DNA of 48,775 nucleotides from a bacterium (GCA_030698665.1 JAUYMI010000007.1:1-48775); one strand, 5' to 3'. Shown: positions 1-9,063, counted from the stretch's first letter. Translations and numbers: made by a program. The notes: generated by a model from the letters alone, not told the origin.

Positions 1-128
1 AGATGATTCTGTCAGGAAAGATACAAAAGACGGGCATGGTGCTCACAGAAGAACTCGGGAGAGAGGGAGCCCTTCCTTTTGTTCTCAAGGTACTTCGTGC
101 CCACGGATTATCTGTGAGGCGTCATTAG
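1..128 (+). CDS. 3' end of an unidentified CDS (partial, continues upstream of the window)
   Basis: Frame 3 is open from the window edge to TAG at 126-128 (..MVLTEELGREGALPFVLKVLRAHGLSVRRH*). Too short to assign a family. Confidence 0.3.
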   Translation, partial: MILSGKIQKTGMVLTEELGREGALPFVLKVLRAHGLSVRRH

Positions 129-222
129 CTCTAGTCATTGAATTTTAGTGAGATTTGTTGTATTGTTGCTCTGGCAACTACAACGGTTTTCGGGATGGAG
201 CCGTGAAAAGGAGCGCAGCTAC

Positions 223-738
223 ATGACCATCAACGTTCGGGAGATGGTCCCGATGGATTTCAACGCGGTAGCGAGGATTGCCCACGAGGAGATCTACGAC
301 GAACAGCCAGAAGAGCTGGTGAAGAAGCTCTTAGAGGATCTCCAGGCAGACCCTCGCTCCTCCATCTTCGTCGTGTTCCTGGATGATCTGGTTGCGGGCT
401 TTCTCGTCCTTCAGCGCTTTGACAGCTACGGGGAGGTAGAGTCGGTCCGGGCTTTCCTCATGGCTCTCGGGGAGGGATATCAGGGCAAGCTGGGTCCGTT
501 CTTCTTTCGGGACGTGGTTATGCGCTCGCTCAGCCTTCTTGAGAAGAGGATCAAGAGGAAGATATTCCGTCTCACCTTTGAGCTGGACGGCTACAACGAG
601 CAGTTCCAGAGGGTTCTCTGCCGAGCCATCGGCAGGATGGGCCTGAGGTATGAGGTCAGTCTGCTGGAAGGGGCATGGCCAGCCAACAAAGAAGATCCAA
701 GGGGTAGTCAGTACATGTTCAACGTCTGGCCGCCCTAG
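223..738 (+). CDS. Hypothetical protein, possibly a GNAT-fold acyltransferase
   Basis: ORF 148..738. Internal ATG at 223 lies 9 nt after AAAAGGAG (206-213). About 170 aa with a GNAT-like layout (..IFVVFLDDLVAGFLVLQRF..); no diagnostic motif was checked. Confidence 0.4.
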   Translation: MTINVREMVPMDFNAVARIAHEEIYDEQPEELVKKLLEDLQADPRSSIFVVFLDDLVAGFLVLQRFDSYGEVESVRAFLMALGEGYQGKLGPFFFRDVVMRSLSLLEKRIKRKIFRLTFELDGYNEQFQRVLCRAIGRMGLRYEVSLLEGAWPANKEDPRGSQYMFNVWPP

Positions 739-775
739 GCGGGGGAGAGGAGACTCAAACCCCGCTTTTTCTTTT
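739..775 (+). terminator. Candidate rho-independent terminator
   Basis: GCGGGG (739-744) pairs with CCCCGC (760-765), followed by TTTTTCTTTT. The 15 nt loop is rather large. Confidence 0.45.
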
Positions 776-812
776 CAAAAGGGCAAATGTGAGTATAATA
801 GAGGGGCTACAT

Positions 813-3251
813 ATGAACATCCTAGACACAATTTTCGGAGATGCTACGGAAAAAGAGCTCAAGAAGCTTCAGCCCATAGTTGAGGAGATAAACTCAAAGG
901 AGGCTGAGTTGGAGCCGCTTTCCAGAGATGAGCTCAAGGCAAGGGCGCTCAATCTCAGGGGAGAGATTCAGCAGGGAAAGAATCTCAATGAGGCGCTTGC
1001 CTTGGCCTTTGCTTTTGTGAGAGAGGCGGCCAAGCGCACGCTGGGCCAGCGTCACTACGACGTACAGCTTCTGGGAGGAATTGTTCTCCACCAGGGCAAG
1101 ATAGCTGAGATGAAGACCGGAGAAGGAAAGACCCTGGTCTCAACGCTTCCGGTCTTTCTCAACGCCTTGGAAGGCAAAGGAGTGCACGTGGTGACCGTGA
1201 ACGACTATCTGGCCAAGAGGGACGCCGTATGGATGGGGCAGATCTACGCCTACCTTGGCTTGCAGGTTGGGTGCGTGGTGCACGAGGGTTCATATCGGTA
1301 TGACGCCTCGTACACGGCGGAAGATGAGGAGCGGGACGAAACAGGATCTTTCAGGATTTTTGAGAACTTCCTGCGTCCGTGCACCAAGAAGGAGGCCTAT
1401 GCGAGCGACATCACCTATGGCACGAACAACGAATTCGGCTTTGACTATCTGCGCGACAACATGGCGCCTGAGACAGAACAGCAGGCCCAGCGCGGATATC
1501 GTTTTGCCATCGTAGACGAGGTGGACTCGGTCCTCATTGACGAGGCCAGGACTCCGCTTATCATCTCGGCTCCCGACCAGGAGAGTTCTTCATGGTACCA
1601 GGATTTTGCCCGTCTCACCCCTCAGCTCAAAGAAGGGGAGGACTATGAGGTGGATGAGAAGCTCAAGGCCGTCACGCTGAGCGAGAACGGCATCAACAGG
1701 GTGGAGAAGCTGCTGGGTGTGGGGGATATCTATCAGGAGAAAGGCATTAAATACATCCATCACTTAGAGAGCGCGCTCAAGGCGCAGGCGCTTTTCAGCC
1801 GCGACCGGGACTATGTGGTAAGAAACGGAGAGGTTCTCATCATAGACGAGTTCACGGGCCGCATGCTGCCTGGGAGAAGGTACTCGGGCGGACTCCACCA
1901 GGCCTTGGAAGCAAAGGAAGGGGTGCGGGTGCAGCCGGAATCTTTGACTTTGGCCTCCATCACCTTTCAGAATTACTTTCGTATGTATGATAAGGTTGCC
2001 GGAATGACGGGAACCGCCATCACCTCAGCTGAGGAGTTCCACAAGGTGTACAAGCTTGAGGTGCTTCCTGTTCCTACCAACCGGCCTTTAGTCAGAGCGG
2101 ACATGCCAGACAAGGTGTACAAGACGAAGGAGGCCAAGTTCAAAGCCGTAGCCAGAGAAGTAAAAGAGCGTCACGAAAATGGCCAGCCCGTGCTCGTGGG
2201 TACGGTTTCCATTGAGAGGAACGAGTACCTTCACAAGCTCCTTGAGACGGAAGGAGTTCCCCATCAGGTGCTCAACGCAAAGAACCACGAGCGTGAAGCT
2301 GAGATCATAGCTCAGGCGGGGCGCAAGGGAGCGGTTACGGTGGCCACGAACATGGCGGGCCGCGGCGTGGACATCATCCTGGGGGGAAATCCCTCAGACG
2401 AGAAGGAAGCAAAAGAGGTGAAGGCTTTGGGGGGCCTGCATGTCATTGGCACTGAGCGCCACGAGGCCAGGCGCATTGATAACCAGCTCAGAGGAAGGTC
2501 GGGGCGGCAGGGAGACCCGGGCTCCTCTCAGTTCTACGTTTCTTTAGAGGATGACCTCATGCGCATCTTTGGGGGTGAGCGTATTCAGGGCATCATGAAC
2601 AGGTTTAAGCTACCGGACGACGAAGCGATTGAGGCCAGGATCGTCTCGGGAGCCATTGAGTCAGCCCAGGGGAAGATTGAGGGAATGCACTTTGACGCGA
2701 GAAAGCACGTACTGGACTATGACGACGTGCTGAATCGGCACCGCGAGATATTCTATTCCAGGCGCAGGGAGGTGTTGGAGATGGCCAAGGACGGGAGCAT
2801 CAAGGAGTATGCGTTTGACCTGGTGAGAGAGCAGGGAGGTTCTCTCCAGGATTTGGAAAAGCGGGAGCAGGAGCTGGGGAAGGAGACCTTTGTCCAGTTT
2901 GCAAAAGCTGTGGCGCTCCGCGTCATGGATTCTTTGTGGATGGACCATTTAGAGATGATGGAAGCTCTCAGGGATTCGGTTCGCCTCCGTGCATACGGCC
3001 AGCAGGATCCTTTAGTGGAGTACAAGAACGAAGGGAGAAAGGAGTTTGATCGCTTTCTCGCCTCCGTTGGTTCTCTCACGGCAAACGCTCTGCTCACAGC
3101 TCAAGTACAGGCCAATCGCCCCCAGCCCGTTTCCGTGCAGGTTGAATCGCACAAGGAGGACGTTGGGAGGAATGATCCCTGCCCGTGCGGGTCGGGGAAG
3201 AAGTGGAAGCGCTGCGGAATGATAAACGCTCCAGAACACCAAAAGAAGTAG
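813..3251 (+). CDS. secA: Preprotein translocase ATPase SecA
   Basis: ORF 789..3251. ATG at 813 follows GAGGGG (801-806). N-terminus MNILDTIFGD..KELKKL; motifs MKTGEGKT, DEVDSVLIDEARTPLIIS and TNMAGRGVDI; C-terminal zinc finger CPCGSGKKWKRCG. Confidence 0.97.
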   Translation: MNILDTIFGDATEKELKKLQPIVEEINSKEAELEPLSRDELKARALNLRGEIQQGKNLNEALALAFAFVREAAKRTLGQRHYDVQLLGGIVLHQGKIAEMKTGEGKTLVSTLPVFLNALEGKGVHVVTVNDYLAKRDAVWMGQIYAYLGLQVGCVVHEGSYRYDASYTAEDEERDETGSFRIFENFLRPCTKKEAYASDITYGTNNEFGFDYLRDNMAPETEQQAQRGYRFAIVDEVDSVLIDEARTPLIISAPDQESSSWYQDFARLTPQLKEGEDYEVDEKLKAVTLSENGINRVEKLLGVGDIYQEKGIKYIHHLESALKAQALFSRDRDYVVRNGEVLIIDEFTGRMLPGRRYSGGLHQALEAKEGVRVQPESLTLASITFQNYFRMYDKVAGMTGTAITSAEEFHKVYKLEVLPVPTNRPLVRADMPDKVYKTKEAKFKAVAREVKERHENGQPVLVGTVSIERNEYLHKLLETEGVPHQVLNAKNHEREAEIIAQAGRKGAVTVATNMAGRGVDIILGGNPSDEKEAKEVKALGGLHVIGTERHEARRIDNQLRGRSGRQGDPGSSQFYVSLEDDLMRIFGGERIQGIMNRFKLPDDEAIEARIVSGAIESAQGKIEGMHFDARKHVLDYDDVLNRHREIFYSRRREVLEMAKDGSIKEYAFDLVREQGGSLQDLEKREQELGKETFVQFAKAVALRVMDSLWMDHLEMMEALRDSVRLRAYGQQDPLVEYKNEGRKEFDRFLASVGSLTANALLTAQVQANRPQPVSVQVESHKEDVGRNDPCPCGSGKKWKRCGMINAPEHQKK

Positions 3252-3267
3252 GTATCTGCGAGAAATC

Positions 3268-3295
3268 TTGACATACTATTTCTTAGTACTATTAT
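3268..3295 (+). promoter_or_regulatory. Sigma70-like promoter abutting the antitoxin start codon, with a flanking inverted repeat
   Basis: TTGACA (3268-3273), 16 nt spacer, TATTAT (3290-3295); ATG at 3303. ATACTAT (3273-3279) and ATAGTAT (3296-3302) form an inverted repeat around the -10, a plausible operator. Confidence 0.5.
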
Positions 3296-3302
3296 ATAGT
3301 AT

Positions 3303-3527
3303 ATGGCAACAATAACGACCCCCGTAGGGAAAGAACTTGAGGAGTTTATCGTGCGGGAAGTACGGGAAGGGCGAGGGGCGAGTAAGGCGCATGTTGTGCG
3401 TCGAGCTTTGGAGCTTCTGCGCGAAGAGCGGGCGTTTGAACGCATCCGCGAGGCGGAAGACGACATAAAAGCCGGCCGCGTGTACAAAGGGAGCCTCCGA
3501 ACGCTCGCCAAGAAACTCCCTTCCTAG
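3303..3527 (+). CDS. Type II antitoxin, ribbon-helix-helix type
   Basis: 74 aa ORF 10 nt upstream of a RelE/ParE-like ORF. The stretch ..ASKAHVVRRALELLREE.. is typical of RHH antitoxins. Confidence 0.7.
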   Translation: MATITTPVGKELEEFIVREVREGRGASKAHVVRRALELLREERAFERIREAEDDIKAGRVYKGSLRTLAKKLPS

Positions 3528-3536
3528 AGTTTACGT

Positions 3537-3791
3537 ATGGAGTTTCTCTACACGCGACGTTTCCTACGTTCATTCAACAAACTCCCCGTGCCGGTTCAAG
3601 AAGATATACTTTCAGCAATTGAACGGTTCAAAAACAAGCGCGAACATAAGGCGTTGCGATTGCATAAGCTATCTGGTCGCATGAAAAAGTACCACGCTTT
3701 TTCTGCAAATTTTACCTACCGCGTAATCGTAGAGATTAAGAAGACAAAGGTGTATTTTCTTGATGTAGGAGATCATGAGGTATATCAGTAG
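3537..3791 (+). CDS. Type II toxin, RelE/ParE superfamily
   Basis: 84 aa. C-terminal pattern ..HKLSGRMKKYHAFSANFTYRVIVEI..KVYFLDVGDHEVY matches the RelE/ParE fold signature. Paired with the upstream antitoxin. Confidence 0.75.
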   Translation: MEFLYTRRFLRSFNKLPVPVQEDILSAIERFKNKREHKALRLHKLSGRMKKYHAFSANFTYRVIVEIKKTKVYFLDVGDHEVYQ

Positions 3792-3834
3792 GCTAGACAG
3801 GGGAAGACGTATAAAAAATGCCACGGTGCCTAGC

Positions 3835-4101
3835 ATGGCGACAATCAGAAAGAAAATCTGGCCCGAGTACTTTGAAGCAGTTGCTTCGGGGAAGAAGAAG
3901 TATGAGCTTCGGCTCAATGATTTTGATGTTCAGGAGGGTGATATGCTCATCCTTGAGGAATGGAATCCTCAAACAAAGGAGTACACGGGGAGAACAACTG
4001 AGAAAAAAGTAGCGTATGTCGGGAAGTTCAGGATTGATAAACTATTCTGGCCAGAGGAAGAAATCAAAGAAAAGGGGATACAGATTATCTCGTTAGAGTA
4101 G
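3835..4101 (+). CDS. ASCH-like DUF3850 domain protein
   Basis: ORF 3775..4101 with internal ATG at 3835. KKIWPEYFEAVASGKKKYELRLNDFDVQEGDMLILEEW matches the DUF3850/ASCH pattern recalled from homologues. Confidence 0.65.
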   Translation: MATIRKKIWPEYFEAVASGKKKYELRLNDFDVQEGDMLILEEWNPQTKEYTGRTTEKKVAYVGKFRIDKLFWPEEEIKEKGIQIISLE

Positions 4102-4382
4102 GTTTTTGGAAAATAAAGGACCGTCGCAGAGGAGAGAATTCTCAAGGACCCGGAGGTGCAGGCCCCACACTCTGACGACGGCCAAGAAGTACGCGCAGTA
4201 CGGGCCACCATTCCCGTTCTGCGACTACCATCAAGTTATCATAGAGAATAGTTGCGTCAAGGTATGAAAAGCACCTTCACCGTTACCATTCACCAGAGTC
4301 AGCGGATGCTCTTGGGTATGGGGCTCTTTTTTGATACACTGGAGCATATCCTTGAGCACGAAGTGAAGATTATCTCAGAGTA

Positions 4383-4832
4383 ATGAAAAAGAGCGCCAAG
4401 AAGATTGTGGTTGCGGTATCGGGCGGGTTTGATCCTTTGCACATCGGCCATGTGCGTCTGTTTGAGGCCGCTCACAAGCTCGGAGACGAGCTTGTGGTGA
4501 TTTTGAATAACGACAACTGGCTGAGAGCTAAGAAAGGGTATGTTTTCATGCAAGAGAAAGAGCGCAAGGAGATTATTGAGGCATTGAGAAGCGTGAGCAA
4601 GGTGATTGTTACCAGCCACCTCAAAGACCCGAAAGATATGAGCGTCGCCGACGACCTACGGAGGATCAAGCCCGATATCTTTGCAAATGGGGGAGATAGG
4701 AAGTCTCACAACACGCCGGAGGATGCCGTGTGCAGGGAGCTGGGCATCAAAATGGCTTTTAATAAGGGAAGGGGAGGCAAGGTCCAGTCCAGCTCTTGGC
4801 TCGTAGAGGTTTTCCAAACAAGAGAGAAATGA
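4383..4832 (+). CDS. Cytidylyl/adenylyltransferase family protein (TagD / RfaE domain II-like)
   Basis: 149 aa. Nucleotidyltransferase signature GGFDPLHIGHVRLF (HxGH motif). The size fits the stand-alone cytidylyltransferase fold. Confidence 0.8.
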   Translation: MKKSAKKIVVAVSGGFDPLHIGHVRLFEAAHKLGDELVVILNNDNWLRAKKGYVFMQEKERKEIIEALRSVSKVIVTSHLKDPKDMSVADDLRRIKPDIFANGGDRKSHNTPEDAVCRELGIKMAFNKGRGGKVQSSSWLVEVFQTREK

Positions 4833-5113
4833 GATTTCGTCTTCCCTTGCAGGGAGAAAGCGTATCCGTATTCCTCAGACGCATGGGATACCATGTTGAA
4901 GGAAACGACAGGGGGACGGGGGAGCTGAAGTTTGCAAGGTCTCTTGTGGCACGAGCGTACCCGAAGTTTCATCTCTACTGCACTCCAGACGGACTCTGCA
5001 ATCTGCACCTGGACCAGAAAGAACCAAGCTATCGGGGGTCTCCCGTCCACAGTGGAGAGTATGAAGGGGAGCTGGTTGAGTCGGAAGCTGCCAGAATTCA
5101 AGGAGGACCCTGA
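4829..5113 (+). CDS. Hypothetical protein
   Basis: ORF 4796..5113. ATG at 4829 overlaps the upstream stop (ATGA), and its own stop overlaps the next ATG (TGATG at 5111-5115). No recognisable motif. Confidence 0.5.
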   Translation: MRFRLPLQGESVSVFLRRMGYHVEGNDRGTGELKFARSLVARAYPKFHLYCTPDGLCNLHLDQKEPSYRGSPVHSGEYEGELVESEAARIQGGP

Positions 5114-5754
5114 TGTTTCTCCTCCCGCTCAGCTTCCTGGTTTTTCTGCTTGTTCTTCCGGCACTCGCGTTTTTGGGATTTTTTCATATCGTCACAATCG
5201 GGTTTGAGAATCTGGGCATTTCTCCTGAGGTCGTTGTCCTCATTCTCCTGCTCATGCTCGTGGGGTCCGCCTTCAACATCCCTTTGGGGAGGAAGCGCCT
5301 TATTGAAGTTGAGACGAGCTCCTGGTTTGGATTAAGGAAGCGCAGGGGAGTTCAGGCCCAGGGCTTGTCTCTCAATGTCGGAGGAGGAGCCATTCCCATT
5401 CTCATAGCCTCGTATCTTTTTCTTTCGGTTCCCGCGGGGCCCGCGATGGCGGCGGTGCTCATAACGGCTCTGGTTTCTTTCAAGATGTCGCGCGTGGTCC
5501 CCGGGCGGGGCGTCACCATCCCCATTCTTCTGCCCCCTTTGGTTGCTGGTGCCGCTTCCTACCTCTTGGTCCCGGGAGCGGTACCCCAGGCCGCCTTTAT
5601 CTCGGGAGTCTTTGGTGTGCTGATCGGAGCTGATCTGCTTCGTCTTCCCTTCATTCTCGCTCACGAGCGCGGCATGCTTTCTATAGGGGGAGCGGGAGTT
5701 TTTGACGGAATCTTCCTCACCTCAATCCTTGCCGTCCTTTTGACTGCCCTGTGA
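5113..5754 (+). CDS. Integral membrane protein, DUF1614-like
   Basis: 213 aa and strongly hydrophobic. AGGAGGA at 5101-5107 precedes the ATG. The motif GGAGVFDGIFL is recalled from the DUF1614 family. Confidence 0.55.
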   Translation: MFLLPLSFLVFLLVLPALAFLGFFHIVTIGFENLGISPEVVVLILLLMLVGSAFNIPLGRKRLIEVETSSWFGLRKRRGVQAQGLSLNVGGGAIPILIASYLFLSVPAGPAMAAVLITALVSFKMSRVVPGRGVTIPILLPPLVAGAASYLLVPGAVPQAAFISGVFGVLIGADLLRLPFILAHERGMLSIGGAGVFDGIFLTSILAVLLTAL

Positions 5755-5768
5755 GGCTGTGATAGCAT
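5740..5768 (+). promoter_or_regulatory. Candidate extended -10 promoter abutting the secD start codon
   Basis: TTGACT (5740-5745), 17 nt spacer ending in TGa, TAGCAT (5763-5768), then 7 nt to ATG at 5776. The 10-mer GTGATAGCAT recurs at 24381-24390 in the same geometry. Confidence 0.45.
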
Positions 5769-5775
5769 ACGCGTT

Positions 5776-7122
5776 ATGTTCAGGCAGAGATTTATTCCCA
5801 TACTGATTCTGCTTGCTGTCTTTCTTTCGGCTGTCTTAGTGTTTCCAGGCCCCGTGAACTTTGGGCTGGGGGTTGTAGAGCAGAAGATCGGCCGGCAGCT
5901 ATTTTCAGTTCCCGAGCGCCCTTTCCAGCTCGGCCTTGACCTCCAGGGAGGCGTTCACCTTGTCTACCAGGCGGATCTTACCAGTATTGTTGGTTCAGAG
6001 CGGAGTGAGGCCATGTCAGGGCTCCGCGATGTCATTGAGAGGAGGGTCAATCTGTTCGGAGTGACAGAGCCTTTGGTGCAGACGGAGGGGACGGGCGAGG
6101 TCAAGCGTCTCATCGTGGAGCTCGCGGGAATAACATCTCCCGAGGAGGCCATCCGTATTATTGGGGAAACCCCGTACCTTGAGTTTCGAAAACCCAAGGA
6201 CAATTATGAGGAGCTTTTGGATCTGAATCGTCAGGCCGTAGAGGCCGGCCAGGTTCCCCAGAACGAGATATTTGAACCCACTCAGCTCTCGGGGCGCTTC
6301 CTCTCAAAAGCGCAGCTCGGATTTGACAACCTATCTCAAGAGCCCCTCATTGAGCTTGAGTTTAATGATGAAGGGGCCGTATTGTTCCGCGAGCTCACAG
6401 AGCAGAACATCGGAAGACCCATTGCCATCTTTTTAGACGGATTTCTTTTGCAGGCTCCTACGGTGCGTGAAGCCATTCTGGGCGGTAGGGCTCAGATCAC
6501 GGGTGGTTTTACGGCAGAAGAGGGGAGACAGCTGGCGCGGGAGCTGAACGCCGGCGCCCTTCCTGTTCCCATAGAGCTCGTTTCCCAGCAGGCAATCGGG
6601 CCGACCCTGGGCAGGGCGTCCCTGGATCTTTCCGTGCGCGCCGGGATTATCGGCACCATTCTCGTAATTGCGTTCATGCTCTTGTTCTACCGGCTCCCCG
6701 GCCTCTTGGCCTCGCTTTCCCTTGCCGTTTACATCGTGGTTCTGCTGGCCCTCTTCAAGCTCATTCCCGTTACTCTAACCTTGGCAGGAATCGGAGGCGT
6801 GATTCTTTCTGTGGGCATGGCGGTGGACGCGAACATTCTTATCTTCTCTCGTATGAGAGAAGAGATGCGGGAGGGCAGGGAGCTCCATCTGGCGCTCTCA
6901 GAGGGTTTCCGCCGCGCCTGGCCCTCCATCAGAGATGGTAATCTCACGACGCTCTTGGTTGCTTTAATCTTGTTCTGGTTCGGGACTTCGTTCGTACAGG
7001 GCTTTGCCCTGACGCTCTCTTTGGGAATTGTCTTGAGCATGGTTTCTTCCATGGTTCTCACGCGTATGCTTATGGAGGGAGTCGGGGTGCTGACGAGAAG
7101 AGCTGAGTGGATGTGGAAGTAG
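5776..7122 (+). CDS. secD: Protein translocase subunit SecD
   Basis: 448 aa. N-terminal TM helix, periplasmic domain (LGLDLQGGV..) and a C-terminal SecD/F TM bundle (GIGGVILSVGMAVDANILIFSRMREE). Confidence 0.95.
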   Translation: MFRQRFIPILILLAVFLSAVLVFPGPVNFGLGVVEQKIGRQLFSVPERPFQLGLDLQGGVHLVYQADLTSIVGSERSEAMSGLRDVIERRVNLFGVTEPLVQTEGTGEVKRLIVELAGITSPEEAIRIIGETPYLEFRKPKDNYEELLDLNRQAVEAGQVPQNEIFEPTQLSGRFLSKAQLGFDNLSQEPLIELEFNDEGAVLFRELTEQNIGRPIAIFLDGFLLQAPTVREAILGGRAQITGGFTAEEGRQLARELNAGALPVPIELVSQQAIGPTLGRASLDLSVRAGIIGTILVIAFMLLFYRLPGLLASLSLAVYIVVLLALFKLIPVTLTLAGIGGVILSVGMAVDANILIFSRMREEMREGRELHLALSEGFRRAWPSIRDGNLTTLLVALILFWFGTSFVQGFALTLSLGIVLSMVSSMVLTRMLMEGVGVLTRRAEWMWK

Positions 7123-7126
7123 CACT

Positions 7127-7984
7127 ATGAAGATTCTTTCTTTCAGATATGTTACCTCGGGTATTTCAGCCCTCCTGATCGCAGGGTCTCTTGCTGCTGT
7201 CGCGGTGTATGGTCTCAGCTTTGGCATTGAGTTTCAGGGAGGAAGTATTTTGGAGGGAACATTTGCCCTCGACAGGCCTCAGGTAGCGGAGCTCAGCGTT
7301 GCGGCGAAAGGAGCAGTGGGACCGTCCGTCATCCAGCCCTTGGGAGAGCGGGGAGTAATCCTCCGCACGCGCTTTCTGACGGAAGACGAACACCAGCAGC
7401 TTGTTCTGGCCCTTGGCAGTTCATTCTCAGAGTCCCGTTTTGAGTCCGTTGGTCCCGTGGTTGGAGAAGAGCTGAAGACAAAGTCCCTGTGGATGGCTTT
7501 GGCCGCCTTTCTCGCCGTCGTGGGATACGTCGCTTTTGCTTTTCGTCGCCTCGCAGAACCCGTGGCCTCCTGGCAGTACGGACTAGTGACTCTTCTGGTG
7601 CTTTTCCACGACGTTCTCTTGCCCATCGGACTCGTTGCTGTGACACGGCATCAAGTCACGATTCCGGTCGTCGTGGCCCTCCTGACAGTTCTCGGATACT
7701 CGGTGAACGATACTGTGGTGGTCTTTGATCGAATCCGCGAGAACCTTCTGCGCCAGGGCAAGGGCGGGTTCACGGAGGTCGTGGAGCGCTCTCTGCGTCA
7801 GACGCTTGCCAGGTCCTTTGCCACATCCTTTACAACCATTTTGGTACTCCTCGCTTTATACTTTTTGGGAGGAGAAAGCCTGCGCGATTTCTCTCTGGTT
7901 CTGGTGGCTGGAATTGCCGCCGGCGCCTACTCATCCGTCTTTCTCGCTCCTACTTTTCTCCTCTGGTTTGCCAAACGCAGTTGA
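7127..7984 (+). CDS. secF: Protein translocase subunit SecF
   Basis: 285 aa, 4 nt after secD. Motifs GIEFQGGS and TVLGYSVNDTVVVFDRIREN. Confidence 0.95.
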   Translation: MKILSFRYVTSGISALLIAGSLAAVAVYGLSFGIEFQGGSILEGTFALDRPQVAELSVAAKGAVGPSVIQPLGERGVILRTRFLTEDEHQQLVLALGSSFSESRFESVGPVVGEELKTKSLWMALAAFLAVVGYVAFAFRRLAEPVASWQYGLVTLLVLFHDVLLPIGLVAVTRHQVTIPVVVALLTVLGYSVNDTVVVFDRIRENLLRQGKGGFTEVVERSLRQTLARSFATSFTTILVLLALYFLGGESLRDFSLVLVAGIAAGAYSSVFLAPTFLLWFAKRS

Positions 7985-8009
7985 CAAAAAGCGTGAGGTG
8001 TGGTTGAAT
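7981..8009 (+). promoter_or_regulatory. Candidate promoter abutting the start of the HTH gene
   Basis: TTGACA (7981-7986), 17 nt spacer, weak -10 TTGAAT (8004-8009) preceded by TGg, then 7 nt to ATG at 8017. Confidence 0.35.
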
Positions 8010-8016
8010 CTGCCAT

Positions 8017-9063
8017 ATGAAGACATCGTATGATCAGATCACCCTTACCTTGCTCTCCGAGCTCCCAGAACGCACGCGTGAGGTTCTAGGGCGCCGGTTT
8101 GGACTGTTGTCCGAAAAGCCCGAGACCCTAGAGCAGATCGGCCAGGGCATTGGCATCACGAGGGAACGGGTTCGGCAGATTGCGGACGCCGGGCTTGTCC
8201 AGCTCATGGCCTTAATCCGGGAAGAGAAGCGGCACGGAGAGGCGAATGAGGCTTTTTCTCGCCTGCTCGCCCGCCTCAAGGAGGTTGGGGAGGTGAGGCG
8301 CGAAGACCATCTGCTCAAAGATGTTCTAGAGAAAGAGGAGGAGGCAAATCACGTCATCTTCCTTCTTCATGTTGGAGACCCATTCTTCCACCATCGGGAA
8401 ACTTCAGAGACCCATGCCTTTTGGGCAAGCAAGGAAGAGGGTATTTCAGGGGTTCTTTCAGCCCTCCATACCGTCAAGGCATACTTTGAGAAGCGCAACG
8501 CGGCCGCCACCTTAGAGGAGATCGCCCAGCTCTACGAAAAGAAGTTCGGAGGGCGCATCACTCCAGAAACCCTGGCCTCCTACCTTGAGATTTCAAAGCA
8601 CGTCATGCAGGGACCCGAGGGTTCTTGGGGCTTGAAGTCCTGGCCTGAGGTAAATCCCAAGGGAATCCGCGATAAGGCGTATCTCGTTGTAAAGTCCTCA
8701 GGCTCTCCCTTGCACTTTACTAAGGTGGCAGAGCGCATCCGCGAGTTCCAGCAGACCTTTGCTCCCAGCTCTCAAAAGCAGTGCTTGCCCCAGACCGTGC
8801 ACAACGAACTCATTAAAGATCCCAGGTTTGTCCTGGTCGGGAGGGGTACCTATGCCCTCAAGGAGTGGGGGTACCGCCCCGGCACCGTGCGGGACGTGAT
8901 CACTCAGATTCTCAAGGAGAGTGGTAAACCTCTCTCAAAAGATGATATTATAAAAAAGGCGCTTTCCGAGCGTCAGGTGAAAGAGAGCACCATTGCTCTC
9001 AACCTTCAGAACAAGAAGTACTTTGCCCGAGACGGCAAGGGAAGGTATCTCCCTGTTTCATAA
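8017..9063 (+). CDS. Sigma-70 region-4-like HTH protein with a C-terminal HARE-HTH domain
   Basis: N-terminus LPERTREVLGRRFGL..ETLEQIGQGIGITRERVRQIADAGL is a sigma region 4 HTH. C-terminal ..PLHFTKVAERI..VHNELIKDPRFVLVGRGTYALKEWGY matches the HARE-HTH pattern of RpoE-delta-like proteins. Confidence 0.75.
   Translation: MKTSYDQITLTLLSELPERTREVLGRRFGLLSEKPETLEQIGQGIGITRERVRQIADAGLVQLMALIREEKRHGEANEAFSRLLARLKEVGEVRREDHLLKDVLEKEEEANHVIFLLHVGDPFFHHRETSETHAFWASKEEGISGVLSALHTVKAYFEKRNAAATLEEIAQLYEKKFGGRITPETLASYLEISKHVMQGPEGSWGLKSWPEVNPKGIRDKAYLVVKSSGSPLHFTKVAERIREFQQTFAPSSQKQCLPQTVHNELIKDPRFVLVGRGTYALKEWGYRPGTVRDVITQILKESGKPLSKDDIIKKALSERQVKESTIALNLQNKKYFARDGKGRYLPVS

Noticed and set aside
789-812. 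GTG at 789 as the secA start, which would add MSIIEGLH.
   Set aside because: A TATAAT box (794-799) and a GAGGGG SD (801-806) fall inside that extension. SecA proteins normally begin at the equivalent of MNILDTIFG, so ATG 813 is preferred.
650-883. + strand ORF of 77 aa bridging the end of the first gene and the secA start. The many 60-110 aa ORFs nested inside secA, secD, lepA, copB and other genes were also considered.
   Set aside because: They are out-of-frame overlaps with strongly supported genes. The translations are Arg/Ser/Pro-rich, as expected from alternative frames of GC-moderate coding DNA.
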